Assembly (NCBI GenBank): GCA_023390705.1 | Contig: JAEWCI010000148.1 | Span: forward strand, 1-30,516 | Reading direction: 5' to 3' | From: Pseudomonadota bacterium | GTDB taxonomy: Bacteria; Pseudomonadota; Alphaproteobacteria; Acetobacterales; Acetobacteraceae | Length of the DNA stretch: 30,516 nt | Shown here: one piece after another, positions 17,303 through 25,412 of the stretch | Layout of the letters: every line of letters starts with the position of its first letter | How positions within the stretch are numbered: position 1 is the first letter of the stretch | Program-made: the position numbers and the translations under genes | Notes under the pieces: model-generated | What the model was told of the DNA's origin: nothing | What the model saw: the letters and a program-made list of their open reading frames with translations, nothing else | The model's database searches: none

Positions 17303-18442
17303 TCAGCGCAGCACGATTTCGACGCGGCGATTCTGCGGCTCGCGCACGCCATCGGCAGTTGGCACCAGCGGGCGGCTTTCGCCGAAGGCGGTAATGCCGA
17401 TGTCGTTTCGGCTGACGCCATTGCGGACGAGTTCGGCCGCAACGGCCTCCGCGCGGCGCTGCGACAGGCGCTGGTTGTATTGCGGGCTGCCGGAGCGGTC
17501 GGCATGGCCGGCCACCTCGATGCGCGTGGATTGCACGCGGCGGGAATTCTGCGCGGCCTCGGCAATGATCTCCCGGGCGCGGGCAGTCAGGTCGGCGCGA
17601 TCCCAGTCGAAGAAGACCAGATAGGTGCGCGCTGGCGCAGCCGCCGGGGCCGGGGCCGGGGCCGGGGCCATCGGCGGGGGCGGCGGGGCCGGCTGGTTGA
17701 ACGCATAGCGCAGGCCGAGCAGGATGGAGTGGTTATAGTTGTCCACGTCCAGCTTGCCGCGGCTGACGATCTGGCCGATCGGGTTGCGCACTTCCACCGG
17801 CATCGCCTGGGGTATCGTGCCGAGGAAACGGTATTCCGCCGTCAGAGATAGGCCCTGTATGCCCCACATCGTCAGCGGCATGGCGGCGCCGATGATGGCC
17901 TGATAGGCGAAGCGGCCGGCGGTGTCGTCCGCGGTGAGGCCGAGGCCGGTGGTCAGCCCCGCTGCCCGGACGTTCAGCCATTCGGTCCAGACATAGCCCG
18001 CACCGAGACCGATATAGGGCTGGATGGTGCTGGGCCCCATGCCGAAGTTTGCCAGATCGAAATCATAGAAGACATTGCCCATGACGCCGTAGCTGCGCTG
18101 CAGGCCATTGGGCTTGCCGAAAAGGCCGTTGCCGAAGCCGCCGATCTTCTCGATGTCATTCTGCCGGTAATTGCCTTCGATTTCCGCGCGCAGGCCGTTG
18201 CCGAAGCCCCAACCCAGGCTGAGCACGCCGACAAAGCCGGGGTCGTAGACGGCCCGCCCATTGCGGCGGAAGGCGGTGCCTGGGGGAAGGCCGGCGAAGC
18301 CGTTGCGGAGTTCGAGATCACCGGTCTGCACTTGGTTCCAGCCGAAGCCGGCGCCGATGTAGAGGCCGCTGACCGGCTGCGCCATTGCTGCGGCGGGCAG
18401 GGTCAGCATGGTGGCCGCCAGAAGGGCCTTGCGTAGGCTCAT
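17303..18442 (-). CDS. OmpA family outer-membrane protein (beta-barrel, Pro-rich linker, OmpA C-terminal domain), paralogue 1
   Basis: Signal peptide; barrel strands GLYIGAG, LRAEIEGNYR, PYIGLGAG, GLRYAF; PPPPPMAPAPAP linker; YLVFFDWD, GHADRSG..YNQRLSQRRA, NRRVEI. Confidence 0.95.
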   Translation of the reverse strand: MSLRKALLAATMLTLPAAAMAQPVSGLYIGAGFGWNQVQTGDLELRNGFAGLPPGTAFRRNGRAVYDPGFVGVLSLGWGFGNGLRAEIEGNYRQNDIEKIGGFGNGLFGKPNGLQRSYGVMGNVFYDFDLANFGMGPSTIQPYIGLGAGYVWTEWLNVRAAGLTTGLGLTADDTAGRFAYQAIIGAAMPLTMWGIQGLSLTAEYRFLGTIPQAMPVEVRNPIGQIVSRGKLDVDNYNHSILLGLRYAFNQPAPPPPPMAPAPAPAPAAAPARTYLVFFDWDRADLTARAREIIAEAAQNSRRVQSTRIEVAGHADRSGSPQYNQRLSQRRAEAVAAELVRNGVSRNDIGITAFGESRPLVPTADGVREPQNRRVEIVLR

Positions 18443-18573
18443 GTGCTGTCTCCCGTCGGTCGGCCGCGTGGTGCGGCCGCGTTCAACGGGTCAATGCGGG
18501 GGAGCCGTTGCGGTTCTGTCCTTCCCTCAACTCCGCGGCGACTGTGTCCTAATGGTCACAACAAGATGCTCGC

Positions 18574-18606
18574 AAAAAAGAAAGGGCGCCCGAAGGCGGC
18601 CTTCCC
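18574..18606 (-). terminator. Intrinsic terminator after ompA paralogue 2
   Basis: Minus strand reads gggaaggccgcc-ttcg-ggcgccctttc-tttttt (cUUCGg loop plus U-tail). Confidence 0.85.
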
Positions 18607-18633
18607 AAGCCGTTCGCGACGGACCGTGTGCGC

Positions 18634-19692
18634 TCAGCGCAGCACGATCTCGACGCGGCGGTTCTGCGGCTCGCGCACGCCGTCGGCGGTCGGCACCAGC
18701 GGGCGGCTCTCACCGAAGGCGGTGACGCCGATGGCGCTGCGCTCAACCCCGTTGCGCACCAGTTCGGCCGCCACGGCGTCCGCACGGCGCTGCGACAGGC
18801 GCTGGTTGTACTGCGGCGTGCCGGAGCGGTCGGCGTGGCCGGCCACTTCGATGCGGGTCGCCGCCACGGTCTTCGAGTTGCGCGCGGCCTCGGCGATGAT
18901 CTCGCGGGCGCGGGCGGTCAGGTCGGCGCGATCCCAGTCGAAGAAGACCAGGTAGGTGCGGGCGACCTGCGGCGGCGGCTGCACCTGCGGCTGCGGCTGC
19001 ACCACCGGGGCCGGGGCGACGCCGAAGTTGTAGCGCAGGCCGACCAGGACCGAGTGGTTGTAGTTGGTCGGCTCAACCCTGGCGGCGACAGCCGGCGCGT
19101 TGCCAACCTGCACGGCGCCGGTCAGCTTCGGCTCCATGGTGCCGAAGAAGCGGTATTCGGTGGTCAGCGCCAGGCCGGGGACCATGCTGCCCAGGCTGTA
19201 GGAGAGGCCAACGATAGCCTGATAGGCGAACACGCCCTCATCGTCGTTGAGGCGGAAGCGGGTGTTGCCGATCTGGCCGCGCATGTTGTCCACGGCGCTC
19301 CAGGCATAGCCGACACCGGCGCCGACATACGGCGTCACCGGCCAGCCGAGGCCGTTGAAGTCGTACAGGACGTTCGCCATCACGCCATAGGTGCGCAGGT
19401 AGCCGGAACGGCCCGCGGCGCGCACGCCGTTGATGCGGACGCTGTCCACATCATTGTGGCGGTAGTTGCCTTCGATTTCGGCGCGAAGGCCGTTGCCGAA
19501 GCCCCAGCCGATGCTGCCGAGCCCGACCCAGCCCACATCGGTGGTGGTGGCCTTGAAGCCGCTGTCGGTCGCATCGTGCCGGAAATTCGCACCGACGCCG
19601 GCGCCGACATACAGGCCCGACACAGGCTGCGCCTGCGCCGCCAGCGGCAGCGACAGAACCGTCGCGGCCAGAAGGGCCTTCCTGAGGCTCAT
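18634..19692 (-). CDS. OmpA family outer-membrane protein, paralogue 2
   Basis: Same architecture as 17303-18442 with a Pro/Gln linker; SD aggagagagagg upstream. Confidence 0.95.
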   Translation of the reverse strand: MSLRKALLAATVLSLPLAAQAQPVSGLYVGAGVGANFRHDATDSGFKATTTDVGWVGLGSIGWGFGNGLRAEIEGNYRHNDVDSVRINGVRAAGRSGYLRTYGVMANVLYDFNGLGWPVTPYVGAGVGYAWSAVDNMRGQIGNTRFRLNDDEGVFAYQAIVGLSYSLGSMVPGLALTTEYRFFGTMEPKLTGAVQVGNAPAVAARVEPTNYNHSVLVGLRYNFGVAPAPVVQPQPQVQPPPQVARTYLVFFDWDRADLTARAREIIAEAARNSKTVAATRIEVAGHADRSGTPQYNQRLSQRRADAVAAELVRNGVERSAIGVTAFGESRPLVPTADGVREPQNRRVEIVLR

Positions 19693-19880
19693 CCTCTCTC
19701 TCCTCGATCTATCAAGGCTCTACGTCGCGGCGCCGAACCCACGCTCTGTGTCCCAGACCGGGCCACGACTCCAGCGCTGCGTGAATGCAACCTAACACCA
19801 CCAGCGGATCATGGCACGGGTGAACCGACCAATTCCGCATCGATGTTGCAAGCAAGCCACAACGGCGGATGGCAAATTCA

Positions 19881-21008
19881 TCACAGCCCTTCCAGGGCCG
19901 CCGCGTCGTCCATCACCGCCAGGCTGCCAAGTGGCAGCAACCTATTGGCGTGGCCCAATTTCCGGCCCGGCCGGGCCTCGGCCTTGCCGTAGAGATGCGG
20001 CGCCACTCCGGGGGTCGCGACCAGCCTTGGCCAGAGCGCCAGCCCTTCAGGCCCGACCAGGTTCTTCATCACCACGTCGTGATGCCTGGTGGAATCGGCC
20101 AGGGGCAGCCCGGCGACAGCCCGGATGTGCTGCTCGAACTGGCTGGCAATGCAGCCATCCATGGTCCAGTGGCCGGTGTTATGGGGCCGGGGCGCGATCT
20201 CGTTGCCGAGCAGCCTGCCATCCGGCAGCAGGAACATTTCCAGCGCGAGCACGCCGACCAAATCCAGCGCCTTCGCCACGCGCGCGGCATTGTCCCGCGC
20301 CGCCGCGGCCACAGCCGCCGGAACCCGGGCGGGAGCGAAGGAAAGGTCGAGGATGTGGTGGCGATGGCGATTCTCCACCGCGTCATAGACCGCCACCTGG
20401 CCATCCACCCCGCGGGCGACGATGGCGGAAAGCTCCGCGGTGAAGGGCACGAAACCTTCCAGTATCAGCGGCTTCGGCGCCAGCCGGGCATAGGCCGCGG
20501 CGGCATCGGCGGCGCTGCGCAGCACCGCCTGGCCGCGGCCGTCATAGCCAAGCCTGGTGGTCTTCAGCACCGCCGGCAGGCCAATCTCGGCGATGGCCTG
20601 GAAAAGCTCCGCCTCGCTCTGCACCGCCCGCCATGGTGCCACCGCCACCCCGGCACGCGCCAGGAAGCGCTTTTCCTCAAGCCGGTCCTGGCAGATCCGC
20701 AGCACCTCCACCCCGGGGCGGCAGGGCGCCAGCGGGGCAAGGGCCGCCAGCGTCGCGGCGGGGACATTCTCGAATTCGAAGGTCACCACGTCCACCGCGG
20801 CAGCGAAGCGGGCCAGGGCCGCCTCATCCTCGTATTCCGCCACGGTGCGCTCGGCGGCCACCTGCATGCCGGGGCCATCGATGTCGGGGGCGAAGACGTG
20901 GCAGCGGTAGCCAAGCCGGGCGGCCGCAAGCGTCGACATGCGGCCAAGCTGGCCACCACCGAGGATGCCGATCGTGGCCCCCGGCGGCAGCGGGTCCATG
21001 GAGCTCAT
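19881..21008 (-). CDS. purK: N5-carboxyaminoimidazole ribonucleotide synthase
   Basis: [73 protein letters not shown] overlap with the purE stop. Confidence 0.97.
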   Translation of the reverse strand: MSSMDPLPPGATIGILGGGQLGRMSTLAAARLGYRCHVFAPDIDGPGMQVAAERTVAEYEDEAALARFAAAVDVVTFEFENVPAATLAALAPLAPCRPGVEVLRICQDRLEEKRFLARAGVAVAPWRAVQSEAELFQAIAEIGLPAVLKTTRLGYDGRGQAVLRSAADAAAAYARLAPKPLILEGFVPFTAELSAIVARGVDGQVAVYDAVENRHRHHILDLSFAPARVPAAVAAAARDNAARVAKALDLVGVLALEMFLLPDGRLLGNEIAPRPHNTGHWTMDGCIASQFEQHIRAVAGLPLADSTRHHDVVMKNLVGPEGLALWPRLVATPGVAPHLYGKAEARPGRKLGHANRLLPLGSLAVMDDAAALEGL

Positions 21009-21508
21009 TGCGTGGTCTCGGGAACGCCGGCGGTCTGGGCTGCGCGCCATTCGGCCATTCGCCGTGCCAGGGCGGGGTCCGCCAGCGCCAGGATGGCGGC
21101 GGCCAGCAGCCCGGCATTGATGGCGCCCGCCTTGCCGATCGCCAGCGTACCCACCGGCACGCCGCCCGGCATCTGGACGATGGAGAGAAGGCTGTCCATG
21201 CCTTTCAGCGCATGGCTTTCGACCGGCACGCCGAGCACGGGCAGGCAGGTCATCGAAGCCGCCATGCCAGGCAGATGTGCCGCCCCGCCGGCCCCGGCGA
21301 TGATGACCTTCAGGCCCCGTCCGGCGGCACCGCTGGCATAGGCGAAGAGCCGTTCCGGCGTGCGATGGGCGGACACCACCCGGGTTTCGTGCGGCACTCC
21401 AAGCGCGGCAAGGATTTCCGCGGCATGGCGCATCGTCTCCCAATCGGAGCGGCTGCCCATGATAACCCCGACCAGCGGGGTGCCTTCAGGCGATGATGTC
21501 GGGGACAA
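21005..21508 (-). CDS. purE: N5-CAIR mutase
   Basis: [48 protein letters not shown]; likely TTG start at 21508 with SD ggagag inside the upstream gene. Confidence 0.96.
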   Translation of the reverse strand: MSPTSSPEGTPLVGVIMGSRSDWETMRHAAEILAALGVPHETRVVSAHRTPERLFAYASGAAGRGLKVIIAGAGGAAHLPGMAASMTCLPVLGVPVESHALKGMDSLLSIVQMPGGVPVGTLAIGKAGAINAGLLAAAILALADPALARRMAEWRAAQTAGVPETTQ

Positions 21509-21686
21509 GGCGGCTCTCCAGCCAGGCGATCTCATCCTTCAGCTTCAGCTTGCGCTTCTTCAGTCGCTGCACCTGAAGCTGGTCCGCCAGGTTACCCTCC
21601 AGCCGCGCGATCACCGTATCGAGGTCACGGTGCTCGGTGCGCATTTCGTGCAGGCGGCGTAACAGGGAATCACGGTCGGCGAGCAT
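21486..21686 (-). CDS. DUF465/YdcH family small coiled-coil protein
   Basis: [32 protein letters not shown] signature. Confidence 0.92.
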   Translation of the reverse strand: MLADRDSLLRRLHEMRTEHRDLDTVIARLEGNLADQLQVQRLKKRKLKLKDEIAWLESRLVPDIIA

Positions 21687-21815
21687 GGGATCAGGACCGT
21701 CGGATTACAGGTGTATCGGGGACCGGCGCGCCATTACCATGTCCGGGCGCGGGCGCACAGCAGGTCGCAACCCGATCCGGCGGCGAACCGCGCCCAAGCC
21801 GAAAGGAAATGCCGC

Positions 21816-21989
21816 ATGAACCACCCGCCCCGGCTTCGCGCCCTCGAAGATCGGCATGCCACGCTGGAACGGGAGATCGCCCAGGAGGATGCGCGGCCGC
21901 GACCGGATGAGGCCACGCTGGCCCGGCTGAAACGGGAAAAACTGAAGCTGAAGGAAGAGATCGAGCGGCTGCGCAAGCCGGATTGCTAA
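21816..21989 (+). CDS. DUF465/YdcH family protein (second, divergent)
   Basis: L..RHA.LE.EI..E..RP.PD...L..LKREKLKLKEEI; SD aaagga before ATG 21816. Confidence 0.88.
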   Translation: MNHPPRLRALEDRHATLEREIAQEDARPRPDEATLARLKREKLKLKEEIERLRKPDC

Positions 21990-21994
21990 GCCGC

Positions 21995-22197
21995 CCGCTC
22001 CGCCTGGACCCATCCGGGCCGGAGCCCTGGGCCCGCCACCGGGAGGCAGCGGCATCGGGCGGCACGGATGGGCCAAGTGGAGCGGAGCCGCGAATCGCGA
22101 AGCGGGGGCAAAGGGCCGGGCGGCGGCAGAGGCAGGACCATCGTGCCGCTCTGCCGGATCTGCCGGAGGAGAGCGGTTGACGGCAGGCACCAACCGC
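21995..22197. other. Multi-hairpin intergenic region (candidate structured RNA or terminators)
   Basis: Arms 21995-22016 and 22065-22085 are near-complementary; further hairpins at 22124-22156 and 22173-22197. Confidence 0.4.
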
Positions 22198-22205
22198 CTT
22201 CCGCG

Positions 22206-22784
22206 CTACAGGCTGGCGCCCGGTTCCTCCACCGCATCCTCGACCGGCGGCGGCAGGGTGCCCGGCTTCTCGCCGGCGGCAATCAGCGCGGCATTCAGGT
22301 CGGACTGGCTGCACAGGCCAAGGATCACCGGGTCGCGCGGCTTGATGTTGGCGCTGTTCCAATGGGTGCGGTCGCGCACCTTGGCGATGGTTTCCTTGGT
22401 GGTGCCGAGCAACTTGCTCACCGCCGCATCGGAAAGCTGCGGATGGTGGCGCAGCACCCAGGCGATGGCATCAGGCCGGTCGTTGCGCTTGGAAACCGGG
22501 GTGTAGCGGGCACCACGGCTGCGGGCCTTGGGGGCGGGCAGGGCGGATTCCACCAGGTGCAGGCGCAGGGCCGGGTTTGCCTCGCAGCGGGCGATCTCCT
22601 CCCGGGTCACCTGGCCATTGGCCACCGGGTCGTAACCGATGATGCCCTGCGCCACCTCGCCATCCGCTATCGCCTGCACTTCCAGCGGGTGCATGCCGAC
22701 GAAATCGGCGATCTGCTCGAAGGTGAGGGAAGTCTTCTCGATAAGCCACACGGCGGTGGCCTTCGGCATCAGGGGTTGAGGCAT
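22206..22784 (-). CDS. trcR: DUF1013 family cell-cycle transcriptional regulator TrcR
   Basis: PLMPKATAVWL, LTF.QIADF.GMHPLEVQAIADGEVAQGI.G.DP, RYTPVSKR.DRPDAIAW, RTHWN..NIKP.DPV.LGLC.Q. Confidence 0.9.
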   Translation of the reverse strand: MPQPLMPKATAVWLIEKTSLTFEQIADFVGMHPLEVQAIADGEVAQGIIGYDPVANGQVTREEIARCEANPALRLHLVESALPAPKARSRGARYTPVSKRNDRPDAIAWVLRHHPQLSDAAVSKLLGTTKETIAKVRDRTHWNSANIKPRDPVILGLCSQSDLNAALIAAGEKPGTLPPPVEDAVEEPGASL

Positions 22785-22884
22785 TGCGGCAACCTTGTCT
22801 GCGGAGCGGGAGCATCGCTGCCCCCACCGGGCGGCGGCCACGCCCCGTGCGGGACCCGGGCGTCCCCGCCGCGGCTTGTCATGG

Positions 22885-22913
22885 CATATAGAGAGGCGAT
22901 GGGGCCGGGTCAA
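22885..22913 (-). promoter_or_regulatory. sigma70/sigma32-type promoter upstream of trcR
   Basis: Minus strand TTGACC-N17-TATATG (overlapping CTATAT). Confidence 0.5.
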
Positions 22914-22951
22914 AGCCCGACGGCCCTGGGAAGCAGCAAATGAGGGACAGG

Positions 22952-23140
22952 ATGACCGAGGAAGAGGACCGCCCCCGCCACCCGCCGCGCTTCACCCCCG
23001 CGGTGCTGGACCGCTGGGACGTGGCGGAATTGCGTGACTACATCGAATCGCTGCGGGCCGAGATCGGCCGGGCCGAAGCCGCCATCCTGGCCCGGCAGGC
23101 GCAGCGCAGCGCGGCCGACGCGGTGTTCCGCAAGCCATAA
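22952..23140 (+). CDS. DUF1192 family small protein
   Basis: LD..V.EL..YI..L.AEI.R.EA.I......RSAADAVF pattern; SD gaggga before ATG 22952; neighbour of DUF1013. Confidence 0.85.
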   Translation: MTEEEDRPRHPPRFTPAVLDRWDVAELRDYIESLRAEIGRAEAAILARQAQRSAADAVFRKP

Positions 23141-23159
23141 CGATCCTGGCCGAAATGTA

Positions 23160-23250
23160 CCGTTGAACGCATGCGCTCAACCGGCGTGGAAATGCGCCGG
23201 AATCAGAGGCAAGGCAAAAGGGCACCGACCCTGCGGTCGGCGCCCTTCGC
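23160..23250. repeat. Bipartite palindromic intergenic repeat, copy D; right hairpin may act as the hsp20 terminator
   Basis: gttgaacgcatgcgctcaac at 23162-23181 matches 6904-6923; GANTC at 23200-23204; hairpin aagggcaccgacc / ggtcggcgccctt 23218-23247 with a T-tail on the minus strand. Confidence 0.6.
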
Positions 23251-23303
23251 GGCTGTCAGGCCGGGGAGGGGGGGTGGGGGAAAGCCCCGGCCAGCAGCGA
23301 TGT

Positions 23304-23774
23304 TCAGGCCGCCTGTTCCTGCGGAGCCTGCTCGTTCGCGGCCAGCGCCGGACGGCTGGCCTGCACCTCGATACGGCGCGGGCGAAGCGCCTCGGGCACC
23401 ACCCGCTTCAGCGAGATGTGCAGCAGGCCGTTCTCCAGATTCGCACCCTCGACCACGATGTGGTCGGCCAGCACGAAGCGGCGCTCGAAGGCGCGGCCGG
23501 CAATGCCGCGGTGGAGGAAGCTGCGGCCCTCGTCGTTCTGGGCGCCGCGGCCGGACACGGTCAGCGTGTTCTCCCGCGCGGTGATCTCAAGATCCTGCGG
23601 GGCGAAGCCGGCGACGGCCATGGTCAGGACGTAGCTGTCCTCACCGGTCTTTTCGATGTTGTAGGGCGGATAACCCTGCGACTCCGCGGTGGCGCGGGCC
23701 AGGTCGAGCTGGCGCACCAGCCGGTCGAAGCCGATGGCGGAACGGAACAGGGGGGAGAAGTCGAGAGCATTCAT
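23304..23774 (-). CDS. ibpA: Small heat-shock protein, IbpA-type Hsp20
   Basis: DFSPLFRSAIGFDRL, YPPYNIEK, MAVAGF, FLHRGIA.RAFERRF.LAD, LENGLL.I.L.R.VPE..RPRRIE. Confidence 0.95.
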   Translation of the reverse strand: MNALDFSPLFRSAIGFDRLVRQLDLARATAESQGYPPYNIEKTGEDSYVLTMAVAGFAPQDLEITARENTLTVSGRGAQNDEGRSFLHRGIAGRAFERRFVLADHIVVEGANLENGLLHISLKRVVPEALRPRRIEVQASRPALAANEQAPQEQAA

Positions 23775-23897
23775 GGCTCGGGGAACCTCCTTGAGGAAGC
23801 AAGGTCCATTGGGTCCTGCGGACCGGGCCTGCCGCCCCCGAACGGGCTGCGGTTGAACCGGTCCACGCCGGGGCCCCATCAGGGCGCCCCCGGCACG
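23775..23897 (-). promoter_or_regulatory. ROSE-like RNA thermometer in the ibpA 5' UTR
   Basis: SD-sequestering hairpin ggaccUUGCUuccucAAGGAGGuucc (23782-23807) carrying the U(U/C)GCU motif opposite the SD, preceded by GC-rich stems. Confidence 0.7.
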
Positions 23898-23902
23898 GGC
23901 AC

Positions 23903-23931
23903 AAATGGAAAGCGCCGCCCCCCGTTTCAAG
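23903..23931 (-). promoter_or_regulatory. RpoH (sigma32) promoter of ibpA
   Basis: CTTGAA-N17-CCATTT on the minus strand, about 130 nt upstream of the ATG. Confidence 0.75.
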
Positions 23932-23967
23932 GGGGCGGCGCCCGGTCGCGGAGCCCGAGAACCGAGC

Positions 23968-24195
23968 CTACTTCTTGCGCATGCCGATGCCGGCGAACTT
24001 CTTATTGAACTTCGCCACCTGGCCGCCGGTATCCATGATGCGCTGCACGCCGGTCCAGGCCGGATGGGATTTCGGGTCGATGTCCAGCCGCAGCGTGTCA
24101 CCCGGCTTGCCGTAGCAGGAGCGCGTGGTGAACTGCGTCCCGTCGGTCATGATCACGTTGATCTCGTGGTATTCCGGGTGGGTGTCGGGTTTCAT
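23968..24195 (-). CDS. rpmE: 50S ribosomal protein L31
   Basis: [45 protein letters not shown]; alphaproteobacterial type lacking the Zn ribbon. Confidence 0.97.
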   Translation of the reverse strand: MKPDTHPEYHEINVIMTDGTQFTTRSCYGKPGDTLRLDIDPKSHPAWTGVQRIMDTGGQVAKFNKKFAGIGMRKK

Positions 24196-24248
24196 GGCAC
24201 GCTCGCGAAGGACGGGCGGCCGACTGTGACCGGCCGCGGGGAGGGGCG

Positions 24249-24277
24249 CCTATAGGCGAAGCCATCCCCCGGCGCAA
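24249..24277 (-). promoter_or_regulatory. sigma70-type promoter of rpmE
   Basis: TTGCGC-N17-TATAGG on the minus strand. Confidence 0.55.
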
Positions 24278-24392
24278 CCGGAACCCGAATGGGCCGGGGC
24301 GGACGGCTTCCCTGCGCTGCACGGTGCCGGGCCGGGCTGCCCGGGGCCGCATTGACCCGGCCGGGCAGGCGGCCGCATAGCCAGGGCGCACG

Positions 24393-25238
24393 ATGAACAT
24401 CCTCTCCATCCAGTCCTGGGTCGCCTACGGCCATGTCGGCAATGCCAGCGCCGTCTTCCCGCTGCAGCGGCTGGGCGCCGAGGTCTGGGCGGTGCACAGC
24501 GTGCAGTTCTCCAACCATCCCGGCCATGGCGGCTTCCGCGGCGCCGCCACCCCGCCGGCGCTGATCCGCGACCTGGTCCAGGGCATCGCCGAACGCGGCA
24601 TGCTGGGGCAGTGCGATGCCGTGCTTTCCGGCTATCTCGGCGACCTCGGCACCGGGGAGGCGATCCTCGATGCGGTGCGCCAGGTGAAGGCGGCGAATCC
24701 GCGGGCGCTGTGGTGCTGCGACCCGGTGATCGGCGATGCCGGGCGGGTCTATGTGCGGCCCGGCATTGCCGATTTCTTCCGCGACCGGGCGCTGCCCCTG
24801 GCCGACATCCTCACGCCCAACCGCTTCGAGCTGGAATGGCTGAGCGGTCAGGAGGCCGGCACGCTCGGCGCCGCGAAATCCGCCGTCGCGGCGCTGCAGG
24901 CGCGCGGCCCGCGCTGCGTGCTGCTCACCAGCCTGCGCGCCGATGACACGCCCGCGGAGGCGATCGACCTGCTGGCGGCGGAGGATGGCGCCTGCTGGCG
25001 GCTGCGCACGCCCCTGCTGCCGATCTCGGCCCATGGCGCCGGCGATGCCATCGCCGCGCTCTTCCTTTTCCACCATCTGCGCTGTGGTGCCGCGCGGCCG
25101 GCGCTGGAGGCGGCTGCTTCCTCCGTCTTCGGCCTGTTGCGCCGCACCGCGGAAGCCGGCGCGCCGGAACTGCTGACCATCGCAGCGCAGGAGGAGTTCG
25201 TCGCACCCAGCCGGCGCTTCGTCGCGGAAGCCTGCTGA
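24393..25238 (+). CDS. pdxY: Pyridoxal kinase
   Basis: [57 protein letters not shown]. Confidence 0.95.
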   Translation: MNILSIQSWVAYGHVGNASAVFPLQRLGAEVWAVHSVQFSNHPGHGGFRGAATPPALIRDLVQGIAERGMLGQCDAVLSGYLGDLGTGEAILDAVRQVKAANPRALWCCDPVIGDAGRVYVRPGIADFFRDRALPLADILTPNRFELEWLSGQEAGTLGAAKSAVAALQARGPRCVLLTSLRADDTPAEAIDLLAAEDGACWRLRTPLLPISAHGAGDAIAALFLFHHLRCGAARPALEAAASSVFGLLRRTAEAGAPELLTIAAQEEFVAPSRRFVAEAC

Positions 25239-25412
25239 GGGGGCTGCGCTTCCGCCGGCCTCTTCTGGTGCTGCCGCGCGGGGGTGCCGGCGGAGCATGG
25301 CGCTGTTCCCGCTGCGGCCCAAGTGGTTGCGCTGGGGGGTTGAACAGTCGTCGTCCCTCGCGCCACCATGCCGGGCGCGGTCCGGTTTAGGGCTGCCAGG
25401 CGGGGGACGAAC

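Noticed and set aside
17637..17692. ggggcc tandem repeats
   Set aside because: They encode the Pro-Ala linker of OmpA; not an independent element.
21995..22085. Rod-like hairpin as SRP (4.5S) or 6S RNA
   Set aside because: Lacks the SRP domain IV motif (CAGG...GGAA...AGCAG) on either strand; too short for 6S and not in its usual gene context.
23968..24195. L31 lacking Zn-ribbon cysteines as a Zur-regulated paralogue
   Set aside because: This form is the usual alphaproteobacterial L31; I see no Zur box or linked L36 paralogue.
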